Assembly (NCBI GenBank): GCA_010015805.1 | Contig: ML978130.1 | Location: forward strand, 124,001-188,000 | Length of the DNA stretch: 64,000 bases | Direction of reading: 5' to 3' | Origin: Rhizodiscina lignyota | Lineage: Eukaryota | Shown here: positions 48,470 to 60,283 of the stretch, piece after piece | Numbering within the stretch: the first letter of the stretch is position 1 | Layout of the letters: every line of letters begins with the position of its first letter | The notes under the pieces: generated by a model | Database searches by the model: none | Told to the model about the DNA's origin: nothing | What the model saw: only the letters and a program-made list of their open reading frames with translations | Program-made: the position numbers and the translations under genes

Positions 48470-49536
48470 CTATACAGTGACTCTGTATATCGCAGCTAGT
48501 ATAGTCGGATTGCCGCTTAGCCACTGGTCCGTCCCGCCGGCCGTAGCCACGTATAGGCTTTCGTCAGCGACTTCGTCTCGACTGTATCCATACTCGAATC
48601 CATGCCACGATCTCGTCCACCTCGCTGTCGTTGGGCCAGGCAAGCCCTTGACGATGGCGTCGTAATTCCCATCGCTCAGATCGATCTTGAGCAGCTCGTT
48701 GTCATTGCTGAAATACGCGAATCGCTCATGCCGGTCGATCTCAAAGTCGTCGGGAACCGTGAGCCCAGAGGTTATGATCGTAGCATTGCCAATCAGACAG
48801 CCGTTGCGGGGATCAATACGTATCCGAGCAAAAGTGCCGGCGCTGGGATTGTTGAAGTACAGAGTGTTGCCTCTCACGCGAATCCCGTTCACCCCATTTC
48901 CCGAATTCGTTGGGTCCAGCATGGCAGGATTTGTGAAGAGATTTGCAGTGTCTGGACGGGTAATGTCAACGCTCCAGATGCCGCCCAGGTTTTGGTCCAC
49001 CATGAGGACCGTTTGATGGTTCAATGCGGCAGCACCATTCAAGATGCTCTGCGCATTAGGACCGGTCACAAGTTTCTTAATTTTTGCAGGACCGCGTCCT
49101 CTGAGGTCAACCAGCCAGGTTATGCCGGTTCCGTTTATGCACTGTGACGATCAGTATCGAGCTTGTATTGGAAAGCGGTGGAAGGAAAATTGATGCTGCT
49201 CACGGCCAATTTGAATATGTCGCACTCCATCGTATTGATGAGGAACAGATCCTGTCCTTGCACATCGGCGATGGTCATGATGGCATTTGCGTTGCCACCC
49301 GCGCCAGTAAAATTATGGACAACTCGTTGCTCTCCGTTGGCAGGATTTAGCTCCATGAGCACGGCGGAGGTGGCTGTTGCGGGCAATATCCTTCCATTGG
49401 GTCGCACGGCTAGGTTTTCGATCCACGTCCGAGGGTACTTGTGTACGAGAGACTCTGAAGAGCCGGGCGCCGTTGTCACGTTATTGGAGGCCGCTACGAG
49501 TGTAAAGAGAAGTAGAAAGGTCCATCGCGAAGCCAT
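48470..49536 (-). CDS. Secreted six-bladed beta-propeller (SMP-30/gluconolactonase-like)
   Basis: Signal peptide MASRWTFLLLFTLVAA, WIENLAVRPNG, LNGAAAL, GVNGIRVRGNTLYFNN, PDDFEID, PGPTTARW; intron ~49145-49203. Confidence 0.82.
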
Positions 49537-50460
49537 TGCGGCGCAACGAGCTCCAGATGAGGGTAGTATGGCAGGTTTGTACTTCTCTAGGTCTATATGA
49601 ACTAATACAAGTTCTTAGACTTGTTGAAGAGAAGTAGAGAACTCGCAGGATCATTTAAAAAGGTCCTCGCTCATCCATGGCGCCGTAGGATTTAGATTGG
49701 CGGCCAGAGCGGGAAGGCCCCGGTCGCAAGGACTTCCAGCCGAGCAAGTCCCTAATTTGTATACTGTAGAATTCGACGATATTCGCTTGTCAAGCCCAAG
49801 CTCTTCGCGTCTACCAATTGACTTCAAACCTGTATCTAAAAGGGGGGCTAGGTTCCTACCGATGTACGTAGTCTCGCTCTAAAATACTCTACTCGAGCCA
49901 TATTCGAACTTTTACGCCACTTTCCTGACGGATATCTGGAACGGAGTCAGCGCTATTCTTGGCACCACTGTCTCTCGGATTAATACCAAGGTTTAACAAG
50001 GTCTTCCTGGATTGATTTCCCCAGTGCCCTCTGTTGAGTGTTGACTCCTGATAGAATCACTCAAGGGCCGTCATGGTACATGAAAGTTGTACAGATAGCC
50101 CGCGGCCACCGTCCTGGTTATGCACCGGAGAGATCGTCAACGAAATGATGCAGAGCGAAATCGGTCCAGTTTTTAGCTGTTAGTTAACTGGCTTCTCATG
50201 AGTGGGAATAGGAAGTTGTTCCGTTGCAAATAAAAGAGATTGTGTCCGCCCATGATTAGAGAAGTTTAGAGAAGTTTAGCCACCATGGTTCGGAGGTGGT
50301 TGGAGGTTTTGTTCGAACTGGGATACGCAAGTTACAAGCTAAGCTTTCTAAATGCGTCTAAGCCGCTTAGGTATACCGTGCTTTACGCCTCTTGTACGTG
50401 CACTCCGCGTTTTATACCTTGTGTTACACCTTAGAGTAATACGAACCAAGAATAGAGGTA

Positions 50461-50716
50461 CCGTAGAAATCGGCTCAACAAGTACTATACTAGAGAGCGC
50501 CGTGGCTTGTGCCTTGTTAGCGCTCATACAAATTTGGCTAGCAATTATACGCTTGGCACCGCTCAGATCTTCGACCTTGCTACTTTTACAACACCTTTCT
50601 AAGCTATCACCGGTTAGGCTATTTTATAAATACTAACTGAATTTAAGTGAGCGCTTACGTCGTTTACGCCACGGCGCTCTCTAGCGTAGTATTCGTTGAG
50701 CCGATTCTATGTACGG
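50461..50716. mobile_element. MITE / non-autonomous Tc1-mariner(pogo)-type element, 256 bp
   Basis: Imperfect TIRs CCGTAGAAATCGGCTCAACAAGTACTATACTAGAGAGCGCCGTGGC (50461-50506) and reverse complement of 50668-50716; TA on both sides (50459-60, 50717-18); no ORF. Confidence 0.8.
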
Positions 50717-51225
50717 TACCCACCCTATCTTCTTGGGTGGACTGCATCCACGCGGTTCAAAATAGAAAAAGATACCAAACCAATCCGGGGCATTGGTGCA
50801 TGGCTAAAATGGCCATCTCCCTTCCGGGTTCTCAGCAAGCAAGGGTGTAGTACTAAGACAACCAGACACCGATAAATCAAGGGAAAAGTCAAACACCGCA
50901 GTGTTCTAAAGCGGTTGAGATGCAAAATTGCACAAGATCCACTCACAGCGAGGCACATGCGTACACGCGCGGAATTCTGAGAGACTTCTGCATAGGCACG
51001 ATCAGATGGGGTTGTCGGCAAACTTGCCTCACTCTCACGCCCCGCAACCGACATGTAACATTGCAGATATCGAGAGCTTTAATACAAGAAAAAGCGCAAA
51101 GTATTCTCTCTTTAAGACGCTCGCTAAACGTGATGCAAACCAGCTAATAGGGTATTAACAGATCATTGAAGAAGCCATATCGTGCCATCCATGCAATGCA
51201 ATATTCCACTCTTTCTAAAAGAATT

Positions 51226-53074
51226 TCACGCGCCTTCGTTGTTGGGACGGATAGCATCAGGGACGCTGCTGAACTGCTTCTTCGCTCTCCTGTTGGAACT
51301 CAAGATCGCAGTCAGGCCCCTCGGCTCGAAGAAACTACCACCCTTCTCCAAACTCACTACCCATTCCCAGGATGTCAGGAAACTCATCATTACACCAGCA
51401 ATTCCGAGGTAGAGGTCCATAGAGAGATCCTTCTTTATCGGAACGGTAAGGATCACAACGACATAGACGATTCGACCGCTCAGCCTTACGTATCTGTTGT
51501 TGACGCGGAGAGTGCCTGGCGGGTCCAAGGATTTGTCCAACAGAGCGAGACACGTCATGGAGATGAGGATGATCGACAAGGATACTGACATCGTCCACAT
51601 TGAGGAATATATGTAGTCCCTGAGATCCTCTGCAGGTACCTTCTCATCGTTCTGATCGACATTCTCTGGAAGCTGTGCGTGATTGCGGAGCATGAACATG
51701 ACAGAGGATGCCAGCGTGAGGAACGACGAGAACAAGGGGATGTGAAACCTGTGTGCATTAGTAATGCCGACAATGTGGTGGATTGGAGGAACGTACGAAA
51801 CCCATAGCAACACCCGCCAGCCTTTCCGACGCACAGCAGGGATGTAATACTTGCTTTGGTCGCGGTTGAAGTACAGAAACGAGATGATGAAGTAGATGTT
51901 CAGCGACCAAACGCTCACGGCCGCGGTTCCAGTGATCCCAACCCCCAACGGACCACGACTAATAAGCTGTAGCACGCCTTCGCCAACCGCGAGAATGAAA
52001 AAGCTCGCGAATCTGGACTGGAAGTGGCGGGGATCGAGTGCTTTACGGTACTGGTTCGGTGTAAGGCGATTGGCGACTTTGGTGTCAAGGGCGACCGGAA
52101 CGAAGTATTCCCACACCAAGGCGCAAAGTATTGGGCCGAGAGCTTTGTTACCTTTAAGTTCCATGCCTGCAATCCACAGACCGACAGCTGGGAGCATGAG
52201 AACGGTGTGGAAGACGCAAACCCATCGCAGCCAGGGGATGAAGATGGCGTAGATGGCCTCCATGGCTGCGAAGCTCGCACGGATAAAAAGATAGAGTATA
52301 ATGACATAGTGCTTATACTTCTCGATATCCTCGGGGAGATAGGCGAGCTGGTTCCCATAGAAGACGGACAGCACCAGAATCCAGAAGATGAACAGACGTT
52401 GGAGCACGTCGTCCATGTAGTAATTTGACATGAATTCCCGTAAGATGTTCCATATCCTCCATGACGCTGTGAAGGCAATGATAAAGACGCCAACGGCCAA
52501 GCCTTGGCTCTGCTCAGGGTCGAAGAAGAGGGCGGAATACACTTCGGAGAGGTTGCTGATGATTCCAACCCAAATCAGATCAATGAAGAGGTCGACGCGT
52601 TCGCGAGACTTTGCGATACCTTCTGCATTCCCAGGGTCGTGGTGGTGGTGATGGTGGGATTCCTCGCTGTCCTCCCGAGATAAGTCTGACAGCTCTGGTC
52701 GTGCACTGCGTCGAAAGGCCATCTCTTCATCGCGAACAACATTGCTTATGACTTGGTCATGGTACGTGTATTGGAGAGCTCGCGGACGCGAGACAACGAA
52801 TCTCCGAGCGATACCACGCACTTCAACCTGGGGAGAGTCAATTAAGAGAAGCGACAATGACGGTTTTCACTATGCTCACATGTTCCAATTCCTCTTCGGA
52901 GACCTCGCGATGCAGTTGATTTTTTCGATGCCCATGGTGCCCTTTTCGTTCCTTGACGTCAGGGTCCTTTTCGGTGTCGGTAGAAGTCAGCTGGACGCCG
53001 CTACTAGTTGGCTCGATGGGCGCCAACAGTACTGGCGAGAGAGACTGGTCTGGCGAGGACTCAGGCTCTGGCAT
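51226..53074 (-). CDS. Low temperature requirement A (LtrA) family membrane protein
   Basis: RFVVSRPRALQY, DLFIDLIWVGIISNL, YYMDDVLQRLF, RFASFFILAVGEGV; many TM helices; introns ~52828-52878 and ~51750-51794. Confidence 0.85.
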
Positions 53075-54708
53075 GATGTCGCCGGGTAGCGATGAAGAGC
53101 TGTCAAGCTTCACAAGCTTCGAGGAGTGGGGGCAGCGATATCTTAAGTCACACTGTCACAGGATTTTGGGCGGCATGGCCGACTCTTGAAAAGCTGTTGG
53201 TACAGGGATCAAGAGCGCCTGGTGAGGGGAGGATCGTCGAAGGATCGCACCATGTTATCTGTGACGCCTCGCGAAACTGTCAAATTCCCGAGGCACTGGG
53301 CAAGACACTACGGCCCGGGAGCTTGCCCACGTTTGTTGCTAACATTCAGCCGCAGAGGTAGGGCTGCGTCCGCCACTCATTTCGCTCGCACGTTGCACCG
53401 AGCTGACCGTGAAGAGCAAAATATAGATGATCCCGATCGCCGCCCCAACGTCGAAAGTGAACGCAGCCCAGCCTGCACTCGCAGTTAGTTACATAGCCTT
53501 GCAAGTTGCCAGCGGAGCATTGTCGATTCCATTCCTAACTAAGCAACAGTGATAGGATGACATCAGTAGAAGCCTCCTAGCACAAGGGCACCTAGCTGAT
53601 TACATAGCCCCTGACTACACATACTTTTGACCTCAGTTCAGACGTCTTTCCAGTGCGCCGCCCCTGTCGCGAATATTTCCTCTACGATATCTCGGTTCAG
53701 CTGCACAGCGTCCATGTCTTCATAGACCTTCCCTCGTCTTTCGTACGAGGATGGACACATGCGAATCCAAAGATCAGTTTCGTGTCTTTCATGACGGCGT
53801 CCCTCCTTTCGCGAGTGAAGAAATATGTAATCACAAACAGGATAGCGATGATCGTTCATCCCAGAACATCAGAAACATCCCATAACTGATCCCTTCAATC
53901 GTATGTGAAAAGGAATATACGACAGCAAATCGCACCAGCCACTGCCAGCATACGCAGCTCCACTTGAGGGCCCAAACACATGTTAGAAGAATATCTGCTG
54001 TAAATGGCCAGGGAATGCCGTTCCAGGAGATACCGTATAGGCTCATGTATATCAACGCACCTGCTGCATTGGCCCCCGCTCCGCGTGGCTGAAGCTTCCG
54101 CTCAGCTAAGAATATGCAGCCAGATAATACATTGGGAAGCCAGCTCAGAGATGCTTAATAACTGGCCATCAACAAAGAAATTATGGAAATTTGTGGTCAT
54201 CTTGACAGTCACATACTACGGTCGTAAGGAGGCAGACAGATGTGCTGGTAAGGTCGATTGTTATCTGAACGGTAGGCAAGTAGATGTCTATTGCGTTGAC
54301 CCTTTCCGCCAATGAGTCACTGTCATCAACATGGGTCTATTTGAAAAGGAAAAGCATCCTCTTTCTTACATATTTCTCAATCGATTCTTTGAGTATCTGC
54401 TGCCTGTTCCTTGAACTGCCAAACTGAAGCGAGTGGTGTCCGCTGGAAATGCGAACGCTCAGACTCAAAACCTGGCCCACGATATCACTTTCGTGGCATG
54501 CAACATCCGATTCCTGTTGACAACCACTCCCGATCCGAAACACAAAGCTGTCAACCGCAAACCCTGCGGTGATGAGTTCAATATTGCTTAGAATTAAACG
54601 CTACTCATATAGTCATGCTACGCGACTTAGCTAATTGTAAACTTCGTTCCAGCTCATAGTGAGTCGTCGTCCACCCTTGCCTTCATAGTTGGCGACGCAT
54701 GCCACCTA

Positions 54709-54984
54709 CTAAGTACTGGGGAACATTCCACACTCAGTACAATTAGGGCTCTCCACCGGAGTGTTCCCGCCGCAGTACTCGCATATTTGGTAATCCTCAC
54801 CATAAGAAATGATTCCACCTGCACATGTCACTGGAGCAGTTCGCCCACTCTCATAGTTCGAGCTTTTCTTAGAGGACGGCGTGTTCTCAGGATTTGAATT
54901 GCTGCGAGCGGTGGAATTGTCGTTGAGGCCAGTCGGAGTGCCACCTTGCTCTATCGGAGCGTTGTTCGTTCCTTGTGTGGACAT
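54709..54984 (-). CDS. Small protein with C-terminal CxxC..CxxC zinc ribbon
   Basis: 91-aa ORF with polar disordered N-terminus then CEYCGGNTPVESPNCTECG; TATA-like TATAA about 100 nt upstream. Confidence 0.45.
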   Translation of the reverse strand: MSTQGTNNAPIEQGGTPTGLNDNSTARSNSNPENTPSSKKSSNYESGRTAPVTCAGGIISYGEDYQICEYCGGNTPVESPNCTECGMFPST

Positions 54985-56446
54985 CGTGAACGCTGATTAT
55001 CTCAAGTCTCGTGTTTCGCGGAAATATTGTTATTCCTTTGTTTTGGTTTGGTTGAGCAAGGAGAAGTGTGTATTGCAGTATGATGGACAAGGTGCGTTAT
55101 ATACTCGTCGGGCTCGGGGAATCCGTGTAACCCAAGGGTTGGTAGTTGATCAAGAAGAGCCCGAATGTGGTGTAAAACGAAACGTTTGATCTCTTGGGGT
55201 GTGCACCTGACTTCTGATATCGTGTGTTTTGCCTAGGATATACCAGAGCCGCCTCGTATTTGCAATTATGTTGGGCTACGGTGCCTTATAGAATCTCTCC
55301 CGAAATGGGTCGTCGATTGGGCAGGTTTCTCAGAGGTCCGTGGCGGTGTGTTTGAAATGGATGCCGATGTCGGCAATTTTGGCTGGCCCCGTGAGAGAGA
55401 GCCCACTGAGAGGCTAAACGTGCCGAGTAGTAGCAAAAGGTGTGTAACGTTGGGCACCTCCGGCTCCCTAATTCTGCTCCTGTGCGGAGAACTACTTCGT
55501 AACCGGCGCCTCTTTGCCTCGTGTTGGCCGTTTTGCTTAGACGAGGCTGCATGCCAATGCAACAGTAGCGAGAATTGAGATGGAAATTGCAAGAAATTGG
55601 AGACATGATGGAGGTGGGAGTTTGTGCTGCTGACATTTGTTTAGCAAAGGAGTGGCCAGCCTCAAACGGCATCCAGAAACACTACATCCAATACAGTCTA
55701 AGATTCTTGAAGACGACTGAGATACAAATGAAATTCAATAATTCACAGTGAAATGCTGTAGGGCAGATATTTTGAGGGTTAAATAACATGATGGAGAAAA
55801 TAGCTGAAGCAACACTTGAAAAGCAGTTCAGCTCCGAAGAGCAAGGCCCGAATAGCACGAAGATCGACTGTTCAAACAGAGCCATGTTCATCGCAGGTAT
55901 GCTGTTACTTCTCATTCACCATAATGCAAAAGAAAGTTCGATGTGAAAGGCTCCGAGGTCGACAGTTGAGCTGAACGTCTATCTCAGCAAAGAGCTCGAT
56001 GTTCTGCACTCAAGTACTGCAACGATAAACGCGCTGGCGGCGTCTCCGCTCATATTTGGTATTTTCTACGCCTGTTTACTTACAAATGCCCAGAATTGCC
56101 GCGGAGAACCATCGCTGGTTGGATATGAAACTGGTAAGCAAGATGTCGTTGCTCAGCGCTCCCGTCGCTAAACTCGCTCAAGCAAAGTGTTTGCGGGCGC
56201 CTCAACCCCTGGGGAAAGACGCTATGCCGATCTAGGTTAGAGCATATGGCTCCAAGGCTCGTATGCAGCGCAACATGTTCGCGCGGATTCTGTCAACCAC
56301 GAATGTACTCCGTGATGTATAACAAATGTCATGTCGGCTTGCAAAAGTGATGATGAGGTATAGTGAGTCACCGTCGCCGTCGCCGATCGTCTGGGTATTT
56401 TTGTCGTCTGCATGTGTGTATCGCAATCACCAGCAGGTTAAAAATC

Positions 56447-58075
56447 TCATCTCCTGCCTCTGCCAGCGGCCGGAGCCCCACCACCCATCCCACCCATCAT
56501 CTTCATCAATTGACCCATATCCGGCATTCCACCGCCCATACCAGGCATTCCTCCCGCACCGCCTGCACCGCCACCAAACATCTTCATCAACGAAGCCATG
56601 TCCGCGCCCCCGGGCATGCCACCACCACCCATACTTTGTAAGCGTTTTTGCATTGCTTCCATCTGTTGCTTATTGTTCTTTCCGCCAAGAGCACCCTGGG
56701 CTTTCTGCATATTGGCCATGCCACCCTTCATCTTCTTCGCCATGCCTTGCATCATCTTATGCTGTGTCAAGAGTTCTTCAACTTCGCGCACTGACGTCCC
56801 GGAACCGCGTGCAATGCGTGTCATGCGAGTGGGCTGTTCAATAAACATCTTGCCGTCTGAATCGAGTTCCTTCTTCGTCATAGAGTCGCAAATGTAGATC
56901 ATTCGTCGGAGCTTCATGCTGCCTTCTTCGTCATCCATGCCTCCCATCATGTTGCTAAGGCCGGGAATCATTCCGGCCATTTTGGATAGTGGCCCCATCT
57001 TCATGATGTTTTGGAGTTGATCGCGTAAGTCACGGATGGTGAAGACTCCTTCGGCCAAGTGTTTCATTGTCTCTTTCTGATCAAGCTTGAGGGATTGGAC
57101 ATGCTCAACGAGCCCCGCCATGTCGCCCATACCGAGCAGTTTCGACACGAACGGCTGCGGAGCGAATCGTTCCAGGTCGAGCATATGTTCTCCCGTGCCA
57201 ATGAATACGATAGGTGTGTGTGTAGCTGCGACAGCGGAGATGGCACCACCTCCCGCTGCAGCGCCATCGGTTTTCGTTATGATGATTGCTCCGAAGTCCG
57301 CCGCCTCCTTAAATGCACGCGATTGGGCTTCCGCCTGCTGGCCGATTGTCGCATCGAGTACCATTATTGTCTGATCGGGTTTCACTGCCCTCTGTATCTG
57401 CACCATCTCGTCGAACAAATCCTGTTCCTGTCTGTGTCTTCCACTAGTATCCACAATGATCACCTCAAAACGTTCCTTCTTGAACCGATCCACACCTTCT
57501 CTTGCGACCACCACAGGATCAGTCTCCGTTAAAGAACCGTAATATGGTATCTTTGCCTTGACAGCATTCTGCTTGAGTTGGTCGAAAGCACCAGCGCGGA
57601 AAGTATCAGCGCAAACAAGGCATGCCTTGAAACCACGAGCTTGGTACCATCGCGCGAGCTTTGTGCAAGTTGTCGTCTTCCCCGAACCCTGAAGACCAAC
57701 AAACATTATGACATTCGGCTTGCCTTTCTTCGGTCGGAAGGCTTCGGCGTGAGGGTCGACGAGTTTGACGAGTTCATCGAAGACAGTCTTTTGAATCAGG
57801 CGCTTTTTGTTGACGCCTGGCGCAAGTTCCTTGAAATTCACAGTTCGCTTGATCGAGTTGCGGAGGTTTGCAACGAGTTTAATGTTGACGTCGGCTTCCA
57901 CGAGGGCATTGCATATCTCTTTGATCATGCCATCGAAAGCCTATCATTACATGTCAGATAGCGGCGCAAAAGAATGATATCGAAGTGGATGGTTTGCCTT
58001 TTCGTCAAGAGTGGCAGACCTTGTCAGATCAGACACGGCCGCATTGATGCGCCGGCCAAGGTCCGACAAGACCAT
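56447..58075 (-). CDS. SRP54: Signal recognition particle 54 kDa subunit
   Basis: [11 protein letters not shown] exon 1, [38 protein letters not shown], Met-rich M domain; GC-AG intron 57941-57997. Confidence 0.97.
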
Positions 58076-58347
58076 CCTGATGTTAAATGGGTCGAACTAT
58101 TAATGTGGCAGGATGGAAGTTGAAATAAGGTTGGCGCTTTGAAAGTTGCGCAAGAGAAGGTTAAATGCTGTTCGAACACTTCCAGTTCCCCACGCCGCGG
58201 AGCTTACCGAACGTGTGTTCGGCAGCGATAAGATCTTACGGGAGATGCCGCACTAATCACGTGACTACCCTAAGGCATTATTTCGAAGGAAATTCCAGAA
58301 ATTTTCAACTTGTTCATCGACGATAAACCACTCCCCACGTACTAGCG
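58076..58347. promoter_or_regulatory. Short bidirectional promoter between SRP54 and RRP15
   Basis: 272-bp divergent gap with PAC-like GCGATAAG (58225-58232), CACGTGA (58258-58264) and RRPE-like AAATTTTCA (58299-58307). Confidence 0.55.
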
Positions 58348-59178
58348 ATGCAGACATCCATTCTCAAAAAGCGTTCAAGAGATGAACAATTACCCTCAAG
58401 ACCACACAAAAGACCGAAAAGGGTCAAGAAGCAGCGTGAATATCATAGCTCCAGTGAAGATGAAGCGGAGGACCCTACCGACTTCAAGCCTGTGAATCTA
58501 GCAGATTCAGAGGATGAGGAGTTGACGGACGATGATTCCAAACCGACGATAGCGAATGGACCCGATGGTATTATGGCCGACAAGCCACAAGATGCGGGCA
58601 CCGAACCGCAAAGCGACGATGAAGCGGATTCTGACGACGCTTCGGACGGTAGCCTTTCAGAAACCTCAGGAACAGGGCGACGAAAACTCAAGAAGCGTAA
58701 TGACCCAGACGCATTCGCAACGTCGATTTCCAAGATTCTCGGGTCCAAATTGTCTACTTCCAAACGAGCCGATCCTGTCCTCTCACGAAGTATATCTGCC
58801 TCGAATGCAAACCAATCTCAAACAGATGCAAAGCTAGAAGAGAAGGCGCGGCGGAAGATACGGGAGGAGAAGCGGGTAGCGAACGAGAAGGGTCGAATAC
58901 GGGATGTCCTTGGTACGGAACAGGTCGATGACGATGGCCAGAGCGCGGCAGAGACTCAAGAGCTTGAACGCCGATTGCGAAAAACAGCACAGAGAGGTGT
59001 TGTTAAGCTTTTCAATGCTGTCAGAGCTGCGCAAGTAAAAGGAGAGGAGGCAGAGAGGGAAGCCAAGATGAAGGGTGTGGTTGGTATCGGGAAGAGGGAG
59101 GAGAGGGTAAACGAGATGAGCAAGAAAGGATTCCTTGATCTCATCTCACAAGGCGGGAAGAAGGTGGTAGAGACATAA
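58348..59178 (+). CDS. RRP15: rRNA processing protein Rrp15
   Basis: AFATSISKIL..DPVLSRS, ERRLRKTAQRGVVKLFNAVRAAQ, EMSKKGFLDLI; basic/acidic nucleolar N-terminus. Confidence 0.92.
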   Translation: MQTSILKKRSRDEQLPSRPHKRPKRVKKQREYHSSSEDEAEDPTDFKPVNLADSEDEELTDDDSKPTIANGPDGIMADKPQDAGTEPQSDDEADSDDASDGSLSETSGTGRRKLKKRNDPDAFATSISKILGSKLSTSKRADPVLSRSISASNANQSQTDAKLEEKARRKIREEKRVANEKGRIRDVLGTEQVDDDGQSAAETQELERRLRKTAQRGVVKLFNAVRAAQVKGEEAEREAKMKGVVGIGKREERVNEMSKKGFLDLISQGGKKVVET

Positions 59179-59200
59179 TGGATCATGACCGATATTGAAT

Positions 59201-60283
59201 CTAATTCTGCGCTTTTTCGGCGCGTTTGATACCAATCATACCGTTGATATCCACTTTAGCGGGTTCGAGTACTCCAGCTTTTGCGAGAATATCCACTGTC
59301 TTCCGAATGACCGCTGGGTCAACGCCTCTGACGTCCTCCGCGAACTCAACGGTCTTCATCCACTCTTGCGCATCCTCAGCACTATAATCCAACGAGGTGC
59401 TGATGTACTTTACGGCCTCGTCTTTATGTTCCCAGAAGTATTTGATGCCCTCATTGATGCTCTTTGCCATTTCTTCCAATGTCTTGTCCGTAGGGTTGCG
59501 AGCAACAATCTTCCAACTTGACCAAGGTGTATATATCTCTCCAATCTTTTTCAACTCGCCATTATCATAATATCGTTTCGTCGTGAAATGTTCCCACATA
59601 AAGAAGTCTGCCGTACCGTCGTTGACTGCAGCACGAAGCTTCTTAAAATTGTCGAGCACGATGTTTTCAAAAGGTTGCTTGCCGGGCTTGAGCCAGCCGT
59701 TCTCGTCAGCGAGAACAAACGGCATTATATAACTTCCACTGTTGATTACATTAGTCTATAACTCGCAGCATCTGAGCTCTATACCCTTACCTGCCGATTC
59801 GACTAATTCCGACCTTCTTTCCCTCTAGTCCTCCCGGACCTTCAACCTCCGTAATATCATTTCTCCCAGCACCTGTACTTATTGCCCACCGCAGCGGCGT
59901 CTCCACATACGTTCCAACAATCTTATATCCCGCTTTGTCTCCCTCCTTCCCTAGACCACCGACCCACCCCTCAGTCAGGCCAATGCCCACATCGATCTCG
60001 TTCGCTTTGAGCGACTGGATCATGTGTCCTGTCCCGGATGGATACGCCTTGAGCTCTCCCGGCAAGGAGAAGTATTTCTGCGCGAAATGCAGAGGAGTAG
60101 AGAAGTGCTCTTAGTACATGTCAGCTCCTCTGGGAACTTGTTGGTCGTGTGAGAGGGTATGGTACCTGGAACGTATCCAATCCGCAAGCCATTGCGCTGT
60201 GCAGAGCTCATACTGAAGGTTCTGATACACTGCTGAGGAAATCTGGGAGGACAAGAAGTCCGTAAACGTGCAACTGACCGCAT
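59201..60283 (-). CDS. Periplasmic-binding-protein type II fold protein (NMT1/THI5-like, Ca3427-like)
   Basis: LRIGYVP|EHFSTPL, PSGTGHM, GIGLTEGW, GTYVETPLRWAISTG, GISRIG|SGSYIM, DFFMWEHFTTK, EIYTPWSSW; two introns. Confidence 0.85.

Noticed and set aside
53638..54543. Minus-strand fragments with coding-like composition
   Set aside because: Cannot be joined or assigned to a family
56447..56640. Gly/Met-rich tail of SRP54
   Set aside because: Normal feature of the SRP54 M domain C-terminus
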